From Camelus ferus (lineage: Eukaryota), in the NCBI RefSeq assembly GCF_009834535.1, contig NC_045697.1, forward strand, positions 95,854,001 through 95,918,000: 64,000 bases of DNA. Direction: 5' to 3'. Numbering within the stretch: position 1 is the first letter of the stretch; every line of letters begins with the position of its first letter. Positions 40,883 to 52,764 of this stretch are shown piece by piece. A model generated the notes under the pieces. The model was given only the letters and a program-made list of their open reading frames with translations, did not search any database and was not told the origin of the DNA. A program made the position numbers and the translations under genes.

Positions 40883-41408
40883 GACTTAAAGTGATTAGAC
40901 CAGACTGGATTTTCTCTGACTTCTCATATTGGTCTAACATACAAAATGCATTTGAATTGAGTTACTCTATCAGAAGAAAAATAATTCAACTTTGGGATTT
41001 CCTTCCTAACTTTTTCTTTTTCTGTTGTATCAAGTACATGTGAAATATTAGTACTTCATAAAAGTCTTTGGAAAAAAATTCTTAAGGTTTAGGCAAATAT
41101 GAAAGGCATAGTGGAAGATTTGGGAAAAGAAAAAAGACATGATGTTTAGATGTTTCTCAGCAAAAGAGAAGAGGACATTCTGGAAAGGCTCAGGAGTCCC
41201 AGCCCACTCTGAACTTGGGTCTCTGGTAGGAGACTCCTGGGCAGGTTGGTTCCAGGAAGCTATAGCATGGTTAATGTGTCCAGGCAGAAATGCAGCCTAA
41301 TTTGTTCCTTTTGGTCTGCTTCAACTCCTGTGTGGCCCAGATGGTGCATGGAGAGCCAATGGACTTACTGCCCAGGGAAGAAAAGAAGCAGAGCAAGAAC
41401 CCAAGCTA

Positions 41409-42127
41409 CACTGTTGTTGGGAATGTAGTTAGGTGCAGCCATTATGGAAAACAGTATGGAGATAACTTAAAAAACTGAAAATAGACTTCCCCTATGATCT
41501 AGCAATCCCATTCCAGGGCATATATCTGGAGGAAACTCTAATTTGAAAAGATACATGCACCCCAATGTTCATAGAAGCACTATTTACAATAGCCAAGACA
41601 TAGAAGCAACCTAATTTTCTATTGACAGATAATTGGATAAAGATGCGATACACATACACACAGTGGAATGCTACTCAGCTATAAAAAAGAATGAAATAAT
41701 GCCATTTGCAGCAACATGGATGGATCTGGAGATCATCATTCCAAATGAAGTAAGTCATAGAGAAATACAAATGCCATATGATATCACTTATATCTGGAAT
41801 TTAAACATTTTTTCTTAAATGAACTTATTTACAAAACAGAAACAGACTTAAGACATAGAAAACAATTTATGGTTACCAGGGGAAACAGAGTGGGAAGGGA
41901 TAAATTGGTAGTTTGAGATTTGCAGATACTAAGTACTATATATAAAATAAACAACAAGTTTCTACTGTATAGCACAGGGAACTATATTCAGTATCTTTTA
42001 GTAACTTATAATGGAAAAGATATCAAAAAATATGTGTGTATATACAGATGACAGAAGCATCATGCTATACACCAGAAATTGATGCAATACTGTAAACTGA
42101 TTATACTTCAATTGAAAAAAAAAAAAA
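41409..42127 (+). mobile_element. Young 5'-truncated L1 (ORF2 C-terminus, 3'UTR, poly(A))
   Basis: Encodes YSAIKKNEIMPFAATWMDLEIII; poly(A) at ~42115-42129; TSD AAGAACCCAAGCTA (41395-41408) / AAGATCCTAAGCTA (42128-42141). Confidence 0.93.
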
Positions 42128-42379
42128 AAGATCCTAAGCTAAATGTAAAAGGAGGAGGATATGCTGTTTAAGAAAGTTCTGAAGCACCAGTGGTGCCCTG
42201 AGGGTCCGATGAAACTCTGACTTCGGAAACAGAGGCTGTAGTGTATCTAAAACTGCAGTGATGCTACGCGTGAGTAATAACTTAACTAAAATATACAGTC
42301 ATAGAAAATGGCTCTAGAAGTCCCAATTTGTTAACTAGTCATGGTGTTAATTAGTCAAGCAAGGAAAAACATTGATTAT

Positions 42380-42745
42380 GCCAGGAGTAGAATTTCCTAA
42401 GAAGGCCCCGCGGGCGGTCTGCACAACACTACATCTTCCGGGCTGCGGCTCACTGTCCCTAGCAGGGACGCTGAGATGGGTGGGGCTGTGACACTCCACA
42501 GGCACCGCAGGACCTAGTTCCCCAGCTGCACTGTAGCCCAAGTTCCCAGACAACTCCTGTGAATAGCAAGACATTCAGACTAAATGGCACCAAGGAGTCA
42601 CGTGGGCCATTTTTTTCACACTGGAAGAAAGACACAGAGTGACCTGGTGTTCCTCAGGGCCAGCTGCACCTGAGACTCTGGTCCGCACACGCCACTTTGT
42701 TGGATGATGTGGTGACTGAGGAACTACACAATTCCTTGTCTTACT
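42380..42745. promoter_or_regulatory. Small GC/CpG-rich promoter-like element
   Basis: Most CpG-dense unique segment in the window; ACTACATCTTCCGGGCTGC (from 42428) resembles the ZNF143/THAP11 motif, with further degenerate copies; GTCACGTGG E-box at 42597-42605; GCCATTTT YY1-like site at 42606-42613. Confidence 0.55.
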
Positions 42746-44552
42746 GATTCTGCGCTTGTGATTTTTCTCCCTGTATCAAAAAGTCCTGTTCCTTAACCCA
42801 TGTTTTCTGACTCTGTAGAAGTCTCCCTGACTCCTGGTCCTCATGGCAGCTCTGAACAGACCTACTGAGAACAACATATTTTAAATCCTAACTAATAAAG
42901 TTTCTCTAAGTAGATGAATTACTGTTTCAGTCACTGAATTTTGCATAAACCTATTTGAAGAACATTTCTTTGCAACTTTGCATCTGTTAGGGCTTATTCA
43001 AAAATAAAAAGGAATTTAGAAAAGAGACGAATATTTAAAATTAGTTAATTCTACAGTTCATTCTATTCATTGTGTCAGTGCTTTCCAAAGAAAATATCTC
43101 TAAAGGTAATTATTGCCGAGTGGAAGGCGTATGTCAAAATGAACTTCATTTTATAAAATGTAGGGAGAACCACACACTGGGAGGACACGTATTTGATCAC
43201 AAGCATAAAATAAACAATGTCCAACTGTCTTTTTCTCCCTTTTTAAATATAATTTTTCTCCACATGGTTTTCTTTGCATTTGCAGGTTCTGGACGTGAGA
43301 ACAACATAATGTCTTAGCAGTCATTTTTACTTAAGAAATGAGACACTTTTTAGCTAGCGAAAAATCACACTATGTCCTCACACCAACCCTATGCTACCTC
43401 AGTTCTGAACCACACACCTCTAATCATTATTATACTAGATACGAAAGTTTAGGGCTGGAAATTCCAAGGAGTAATGGAAAAATCCTGAGGAATTAACGTT
43501 TTATTCAGGATATTTTAGACTTTTTAGATTAAACAGACACACTGCACTATTCCAAAAATGGCTTGAGCTTTTGGTGAAAGACGTGATATACTTGGATTTT
43601 TCTGATGTGAGTCTGGATGAAGTAACATTATGTATGGTGTTTTCATGATAACTACCCATCAGTATCTTACTTCAATCCTTCTGATACCTAGCTATATTTT
43701 TCAGAATCACATAAAGCACCTACAGAGCTTCAATCATAAACTTTAATTAAAGGTTATTTTAAAGATATTATCTATGTTGGTAACCATTACTAAAATTTAA
43801 AATCCACCTTGTTGATTAGGGAAGAAATGACAGTGAAAATATCTGATGGAGAACTCTTCTTTACAGTTTATCTCAAAACATCAACAATAAAAGAAGGTAA
43901 AATAAGTTGAATCTACAGAGTAATGTTGTATCACTTCACTTCAGTAACCCAATTTCAGCTGCATTTTATGACTAATTTTTTAAATTGTTATTTTCATGTC
44001 ATACTATTAGATTTCCCATTTTAATATGTAAGGCTGTAAGATTAGAAATCAGGATTATAAGCAGGAAAAATAGCTTTTCTATTATGACATTTTGAAGAGA
44101 AGCAGTCTCATTGAACTGTAATTGTTTATTTGTATCATCTGCTTAATAAATAAAAAATATACACCCATCAATACAGGCAAAAACATATTCAGAGACAGTT
44201 TTAATGTCACAATTCAAATAAAATAAATTTCAAAAGGGAAATGAAATTTCTTTTCGTTGTTCATAGCACAGATAATAAATTTAATTTAATTACTGTAGAT
44301 ATTTCAGTGTCTTTTCCATCTATTTTCTTCCCAGACTATGGCTTGTCTGCCAATTTTCCTGTTAAAGTCTACTGACGAGAAGATGTTATTAATTTTAATT
44401 ATATAATGCTTATTAGTTATTTATTTTATGGATCATGCTTTTGGTGTTATGTATTAGCCCTTTAGTAGTTTGAAGTAGTTTTCTGGTTTTTAAAATTTTT
44501 TTTTAACTTACCAAGGACTAGTGACATTAAATATAATTTTGTGTGTTTATTT

Positions 44553-44968
44553 TAAAGAAGAAATCAAAAAATAGCTAGAGAAAATCAAAATGAAAACATG
44601 ATGATCCAAAACCTATGGGATACAGCAAAAGCAGTTCTAAGAGGGAAGTTTATAGTGATATAAGCTTACGTCAGGAAACAAGACCTAAGCTTACACACAG
44701 AGAAACTAGAGAAAGAACAACAAGCAAAATCCAATATGGATTGGTATTACGTATTATATACACATAATATCTATTTACTCAAAGTGTAATGAGTTATTCT
44801 AAGATAAAGTTAATAAAGATAAAATAGTAATAATCTTTCCTTCCTATAATTATAATGGAAAAGAATCTGAAAAAGAATATACATATATGTATATATATAA
44901 CTGAATCACTTTACTGTACTCCTGAAACTAACACAACATTATAAATCAACTATACTTTAATTAAAAAA
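44553..44968 (+). mobile_element. Composite L1 insertion (ORF2 piece, non-L1 spacer, 3' end)
   Basis: ORF2-like 44555-44735; L1 3' terminus ~44845-44968; flanked by an imperfect ~22-bp duplication of the host element. Confidence 0.65.
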
Positions 44969-45934
44969 GATATGTTTTTGTATGTTTATTTACCATTCTT
45001 ATATGGTCTTTGGTGAAATGTCTGTTCAAAACTTTCACCCATCCTTTCATTTAGTTGCTTATATTTGAGTTGAGAGTTTATATACTATGAAAACAATTAT
45101 TTTCTCAGATATGTGTATTGTAAATAATCTCAGTCTGTAGCTTGTCTTTACATTTCCTTACCAGTGTCATTTGAAAAGTAGAAGTTTTAAATTTTGATAG
45201 CATCCAAAATGTATCTTTTTTATTTATGAATCATGCATTTGGTGTCATAACTAAGGAATTATAATCTAACCTAATGCCAATAACCAATTTTTCACAGGTA
45301 TTTTCTGTTGAAATATGTAAGTTTTAGATTTTACATTTAGGTCTATTGTCAATTTTGAAGTATGGATCAGAGTTTTTTGCATATTAATATCCAATAATTA
45401 CAGCATCATTTGTTGAAAAGACTATCTTTTCTGCATTGAATTGTCTTTGTGAATTTGTTGAGAATCAATTTTCTATATATATGTAGGTTCTATTTTTGGA
45501 TGCTATAGTCTATTCCATTCACCTCCATGTCTATCTTTTCCTCTATACCACGTTGTCTTGGTCATAGAAAGTTTACAGAATAAAGTCCGGAAATCAAGCA
45601 GTTAGAATCCTTTAACTTTGCTATTTTCCAAAAAATTGTTGATCCATTGAGTTCTTTTGACGCTTGATATAATTTTAGAACTACCTTGTCTATTTCTAAA
45701 ATGAAACAAACAAAACCTGGGGTGTTTATTGGAATTGCCTTGCATCTCTAGATCACTTTGGGAAGAATTAGCATTTTAACAAGAATTATGTCTTCTAATT
45801 ATATACGTCCATTTTTCAGATCATGTTGGATTTGTTTTATTACTATTTATAAGGGTTTTCTTTTCACACATCTTTCACTTACTTTGTTAGATGTATAACT
45901 AAGTATTGTACATTTCTTGATGTTATTGTATATG

Positions 45935-46834
45935 TGTGACATCATGATACAGTAAGAAATATATTTTTGTCTTCATCTGTGGCTTCTGGCCAGAACTCCT
46001 AAAATCCTTATCATTTCCTGAGCAATAAAAGTGCCATGAGCATATTTTGTGTTAATAGTTAATCTTTGACCCTGGTTCCTGACACAGAGCTCTTAAAGTT
46101 CTTGGAATTTCCTGGGTGATGGAAGCATTTTCTTTTTCTAATGGGGCAACTCGTGGTGGGCTCCTGGATAGCTTCAGGACGGAGGCTGAAAGACCATACC
46201 ACAATTAGAAATTTGGAACTTTCGGGGGGGGAAGGGTTGAAGATTAAATTAATAATTGATCATGCCTAGGTGAGGAAGCCTCCACAAAAATCCCTGAATG
46301 CATTGATGAGTACATCCATGTCCTGGCAGCATGGAACACCTCAACTCACAAGGACAGAAGCTCCTGCACTCAGAACACTCAGAACCCTTCCAGACTTTGT
46401 GCTATATATCTCTTTGGCTATTCGCTCATGCCCTTTATTACATCCTTTAACTATATAACAAACTGACAAGTCTAAGTAAATTTCCTCTGAGTTTCTGTAA
46501 GCCATTCTAGCAAATTACTGAACTCAAGAAAGCAGTTGTGGGAACTGAGATTTAGCCAGTCAGTTGAAAAGACAGGTGACAAACTGAGACTCTTGACTGG
46601 CATCTGAAGTAGGGGCAGTGTTGTGGGACTGAGCCATTCTTTAACTTGTGGGATCTGATGCTAACTTCAGGTAGATAAAAATCAGAACTGAAATAAACTG
46701 TAGGACACCTAGCTGGTGTCAGAGAATTGGTCAGTATGGGTAAAAACAAACAAACAAACAAACAAACACATGTCTGGTCACAGAAGTGTACTGCTATGGG
46801 TAGTAGAGGAGAAACAGCAGTTTTTTCTACATGA
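45935..46834 (+). mobile_element. MER21-like LTR
   Basis: TGTGA start; GTTCCTGACACAGAGCTC, GGGCTCCTGGATAGCTTCAGG, TTGTGGGACTGAGCC, GGACACCTAGCTGGTGTC; TATG/ATATG flanking duplication. Confidence 0.8.
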
Positions 46835-47629
46835 TATGGTACCATTTTTAATTTCTAGTTGTGCATAGCTATTTTAGAAAAAGTAACTGATTTTTTTAAT
46901 ATTGACCTTCAATTCTGTGATATTGCTGAACTCACATTTTAGATCTAGTAACTCTTTTTGTAGATTCTTTGGAATTTCCAACATAAACAAGTATGTTATC
47001 TGAGGATATAGATATTTTAATTTCTTTTTTTGAATTTGTCTGCTATCTATCTATCTATCTTATCACAATGGCTAGAACCTCCATCACTGCTGAATAGAAA
47101 CAAGGGGAGCAGGTTATACTTGCCTTGTTCCTAATCACAAGGAGAGCACTCAGCTATTTGCCATCAAAAGTAATGTTTTTTTAAGGATGCAAACAAAAAT
47201 AGTATGCTTTAACTTTTTGCAGATGGTCCCTATCATATTAATGAAATCTCCTTCAATTCTTAGTTTTCTGACAGCTTTTTTTAAATCAAGAATGATATTT
47301 AAACTTTTCTACTTAATTTTCTGTATCAGCCCAGTTGTTTAGTCTGCTCATAATGGTGAATCACAGTGACTGTTTTCTGACTGTTGAAACAACATTAAGT
47401 TTCCAAGAAAATCCAACTTGATCATGATGAACTATTTTCATATACTTCTGAATTGTTACTGTTTTTAAAAAACATTTTTCATCTTATTCAAGAGGGCTTT
47501 TGGTCTCTAGTTTTCTTTTCCTGTAGCATCTTTGTATGACCTTTGTATCAAGATAAATAGTGTTCATTTCACAGAGGTGATACAGACCCTTGACACCCAA
47601 AATTTGGTTTGTATATTGCATCTGATGGT

Positions 47630-48348
47630 GTCACATACAGACCAATTCTAATACACGGTTATCCTACAAAATATCTAACCAGTATTCCTCACTAATGTCA
47701 ACATTATCAAAAACAAGGAAAGTCTGAGAAACTGTCCTGGCCAAGAACTGTTGGCGTAAGGAGATATAATGACCTCAATTAATGAGGTGTCCTTGATGGG
47801 GTCTTAGACTAGAACAAGGATATTAGGCAAAATTAAAGGAAATATGGATAAAGCATGGCCTTCAGTTAATAATAATGTATCAATATTGGTTCAGTAATTG
47901 TAACAAATATGCTATACTAAGATGTTAATAATTGAGTATGAGGTAGATGGAAACTCTGTACTATCTTTTCCAATATTGTATAAATCTATGGATTTACAGA
48001 AATCTATAAACTGGGGGAGGGGGTGAGAAGAGATAAATTAGGAGTTCAAGATTTTCAGATACTACTATATATAAAATAAACAACAAGTTTATGCTGTATT
48101 GCATAGAGAACTATATTCAATATCTTATAGTAACTTAAAATGAAAACAAATATGCAATGAATATATGTATGCATATGTATGACTGAAACATTATGCCATA
48201 CACCAGAAATTGACATAACATTATAAACTGACTATACTTTAAAAAAGAGAAATCTATAAACTAAAACTGTTATAAAAATAAATGTAAATCTATATATTTA
48301 TAAATCTATAGATACATAAATCTAAAACTATTTTAAATAATAAAGTAT
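47630..48348 (+). mobile_element. L1MC-like 3'UTR fragment
   Basis: CAAAAACAAGGAAAGTCTGAGAAACTGTC...TTAATAATAATGTATCAATATTGGTTCA...GAAACTCTGTACTATCTT. Confidence 0.8.
48013..48247 (+). mobile_element. Young short L1 3' end nested in the L1MC-like fragment
   Basis: Perfect 15-bp TSD AGAAATCTATAAACT at 47998-48012 and 48248-48262; same family as 41409-42127. Confidence 0.92.
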
Positions 48349-48532
48349 ATTTCAAACAAAGTGACTTTAACAATACACAGCAGAAATATTTGCTTAATAA
48401 TAGTATGGTATATACATGCCTTTATAGGGATACAACCAGCATTCAACAATTAATTAAAACAAGGTGAGGTGAGAAGAGAGTGAGGAAGAAGATACGTATG
48501 TATCTCAAATGTAGACTGCAGACTGAAGTTAC

Positions 48533-48870
48533 GAATTCTCCAAGTCTCTGCAGATACACTCAGTCTAGGACAAATGGAAGACCTAGGGTTTGGTGCCCTG
48601 CAGTCCATCAGATCATAGCTTTAGAATTGCAAGGGACTTCTATCTGTAATAAGTGTTTCCCCATCATCTTTTTTACTCTTTCCTTGGTAAATGTTCTCAA
48701 TGACATTTGCCCTTAATAGTGGAAGCTGCATTTCCATCTCATTATATACATTTATCTTCTTTCTCACAGAAGACGATTATGGAGCTAAACTTTTGTTAAA
48801 GGCAACTTGTGCCACTCATTATGCCAAGAGTGAATTTGTTTTTGAAAATTTCTTTTGGGGTAGCAATGTG
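48533..48870 (-). pseudogene. Candidate decayed exon
   Basis: TTATAG| and |GTAACT bounds; best frame has 4 stops in 112 codons (...SSSVRKKINVYNEMEMQLPLLRANVIENIYQGKSKKDDGETLITDRSPLQF*). Confidence 0.3.
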
Positions 48871-51618
48871 CTATAATTATTCTGGTCAGGCATCAATAAT
48901 CACATTAATTTTGTATGAAATGAGAAATAAATATATATGCACAATTACAGGCTTGTTATACAACATAGCATACTCTACAAAACAACTCAGGTTAAATAAT
49001 TTTAAATTAATCCCATTTTTGGTAGTTCTGGCAAGCTGTACTATTTCTACTATTATTCTTAAATATTACATAGATTCTAGTAGCTATAAAATAATCAAGT
49101 GTCAAAAAAGTTTTCTTTAAAGCTTGTTTATTTATGTTTTGCCTCAAAGGTATTAAAATGCAGATTTTTAGAATTTAATAAGAAAAGCTTTTTTCTAACG
49201 ATCAAGTTAAAATATGCTATTTCTGAAACAAAATAGCCACCTTAAAAAACTCTTCTGCTTTCGAATGACCTCATTTAATTCCAAGACCCCATCTAGGGGT
49301 CTTGGAACAGAAAACCCTTGGAACAGAAGACCTTTGAAACACATTAACAGAGTATATTTGAACTAATATACAAAGATATTTGAAGACAGTAAAGAAATTT
49401 TTTTAAAACCTGTAATTTCTATCAATATACATCCCATTTTAAAATGATCCATTACATATATAAATCTCTGAAATTTCTCTGAAAATAATATCATGCAGTC
49501 CTTGTTATGAAGCTTGCTTTGGACAGACCATGGATCTTTATGGATGCATGTATCCTAGATTCATGCACAGGTAGAATATTGATTGGTTCCCACAAATATG
49601 CTCAAAGGAAGGTTGGTGGTTAAATTGGATCTAACTGTAATACAGGCAGAACTGGTATCCAATTAAATGATATTCTGTGATGGTTTTATAACTTTAATGC
49701 AATCATTTCCACATTTATCAATTTCACCAATAAATACCCAACCCAAATGGAAAACATTGTGAAATCAGTTATTTGGAAACATGTAGATGTAAAAAATATC
49801 TCACATTTATTTCAGTAATTTAAACTGTTTTATTTAATTCCGTTTAACAGTTTTGACTAGGTAAAATAAATGAAAGGAAAACAAACTAGACTATTTGCTG
49901 TGAAAAAAATTTATCAGTATAAAAATTGAGAGTTGGTCTGTATAAGTAAATCTGGGCAATTCAAGATAAACTCTTTTTTTTTGTCTTAGAATTTCTTATT
50001 TAACTTCTAAAATAGAAAAGATTTCCATGTAGATGCATTATCTTCTATCAAAATTAGTGAGTCTGAATCACTAAGGCAGACTTTTCTTCAAGTTTCCAAA
50101 TGATTCTAGGAGCCTTTTTTATCTGCACTGAAAGAAACATTTGGATAAAACACTTTGTAAAACTGAACCAGTTTGTATGTTATGAAACTAACACCCACTT
50201 CCATATGTTCATGTTAATTAATTTCCAAAGTGTTAGTTTGCTGTCATGTAGACAGATCCATAAAAGAGCATACACTACTCTACCCCCAAGATGATGAATG
50301 ACAAGGCCGTGGCAGCAGATGGTGACTAGGTCATTTCTTCTTCCATCTGGAATCATACCTGACTAGATTAGAAAACACTGAAATATTATTAAAAAAAGTA
50401 TTATCTAGTCTTGATGCTTGGGGCTGCCCAACTCAGAGCAATACGTAGAAATGTCTACACAAAGTCACATACATGGCTAAAGACGGTGGTGGAAATCAAT
50501 GCAATTGCTACTGAACTTTTTAATAACTTCTATTGAAGCTACCATTGACTTTTGTACCATATTTTAGTTGGGCCAACTGATGAAAATCAGATTTATTTTC
50601 TAATGTTGAGGAAAAAAATCACCTGAAGTCTTATAGCAAGTTAGATCAAAAATAACTTCTCCAGCTCTCTAATAAGAACTAACATGGTGAGAGTCAAAAG
50701 GGCAGAGACTTCCAGAAATTATTAACAAGTAATTAGCAACCTGATTCACAAAATAAATGAGAGTTCCATATGAACCTTGATCATCTAGATCAATGGTCAA
50801 AACTATTTATAAACACATAAAGCTAGCACAGCAAAGTGTTTATTTATACCTAATTTCCACTAAAATAAAGGGGCAAGTGAAGAAAATAATGGATACCATT
50901 CATATTGCATATAATAACTGAAGACAAAACAATTTTATGAACGAATCTCATTGAAATGTCATTGACTTAAATGTAGCATGCAATTAATATTTGCTGACTT
51001 GATTAAATGAGTTAGTTTCTACAAGTGGTTAACTGTTAATTCTTACAGCAAGCATTCATGCATCAGCTTTCCCCTTTCAGGTTTAAAAATATTTAATTAC
51101 AGTTAAAATAGAAATTTAACTTGCTTTTACTTTTGTTGATAATTTTTTTAATTGAATTGCTTAAATATATCTACATTTTCTTCCTGTTGTCCTTCAGTAT
51201 TTGCTTTATTGTTTGTTGTTTTATTACATGCAGATGTTTTGTTTGGTCTAGGTGAATTTGGATGTTAGAAGTCTAAGTTAGTAGTTTTCTAAGTAGAATG
51301 CCATTAAGCTCATTTATATTATTTAGCAAGAAAACTAAAGATTAGTGTATAAAAAAATAAATGAAGGAGATAATACTGACATGTGGAATAGAATAATCTA
51401 TTTCCTAACAATTAAAATGTCCGTAAGCTTAAAATATGCACAGTATTTATTGATCAGATAAAACCCCTTAAGAATTATGTCTCTTTTTAGGGTTTTCATA
51501 ATGAAAATATAGATCTAGGAAAGTGCCCTTGTGAATGGCATTTAAAAACAATCTAAATATATGAGTCTATAAGGAAACTACATGCTAAATCAAAGGTGCT
51601 AAATAAGGAAGACAACAT

Positions 51619-51654
51619 TTACTTTATACTACACTATTACTTTATACTACACTA
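51619..51654. repeat. Tandem duplication of an 18-mer
   Basis: TTACTTTATACTACACTA x2. Confidence 0.85.
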
Positions 51655-52764
51655 TATAGTACTATGTTAATATTTATGATAAACATAAGATGAGTTTTAG
51701 ATTTTATTAACCAACAAGTCTATTTTGTGTTATAACATTTATAAATATAACACAAAAGAAAGATTTTTGCAACTAAAATTAAAATTCAAGGCAAATAGCA
51801 ATTACATAAGCATCATCAGTACATATTATCGCATGCAACTTTGCTGAATTGTGTTTTCACTTTGTTTGACAACAGTATCAAAAATTATAGTATTGAAAAA
51901 TTTGCTTAAAAGTATGCTGAAACTTTACCTACACAAGTGTTGGTATTTGTGAGAATGTATTCATCAGTTATGTTAAATCTGTAAAAAAATCTTCCTAAGA
52001 TATATACCTCAGTATTGGATTATAAATGTTCTAACATAGACAGTATGCTCAATTATAAGTACTTATGTAATAATAACAAGGATTTATTATTTATATATAG
52101 TGAAACTAAAAAATAAGGTATGTTAACTTTAAATTCTCACTTCAGAGCACAGAGATGTAAATGAGGCTGTAAATAAGAGATAATATAATTCTTAAGTACT
52201 ATATTGGTCATTTTAGAAGAAATTCAGCAGGACACAAACCAGAAACATGTATATACAAATTAAGAGAATTTTTTTTTAAATGTCTTAAGACCTGGTCCAC
52301 CTGTTTATATCCTATGTCAAGAGCTAGTTTTTAGTGGCATAAAGTATGCTTTTAATATATGAAAGGGTCTTTTTCTGTGATAAAACTATAGTTTTGCTTA
52401 ATTTTACTTTTTATATAATTTTCAACAAATATCCAAATCGATTGCCTGTTAAATTTGTTTCTTGGTATATTTGTTATATATATGTATTTATTTAGTATGT
52501 TATAATTATAATTGCCTGGCTCAGTACCAATAATATAATCTTTAAAGCATAATTTAAATTTAAATAACTTCAAAATATCTCACTTATGCTGAGTGTATTA
52601 ATTCATTATGCTTACATAAAATATAGTATTTTAGAATAAGGACTTTTAGAGTAGAAAAAAGTGAGCTATATCAATTCTATAAGATATTTAGTGTGATTTT
52701 ACTATTCAGATCCATCATGGAGTTGATTTTGTTATTCAGAGCCATCATAGATGTAAAATGTTAA

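Larger units (their letters stand above)
44330..47560 (-). mobile_element. Old antisense L1 ORF2 remnant hosting nested insertions
   Basis: CAGCATCATTTGTTGAAAAGACTATCTTTT, GGAATTGCCTTGCATCTCTAGATCACTTTGGGAAGAATT, TTTGTAGATTCTTTGGAATTTCC. Confidence 0.8.
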
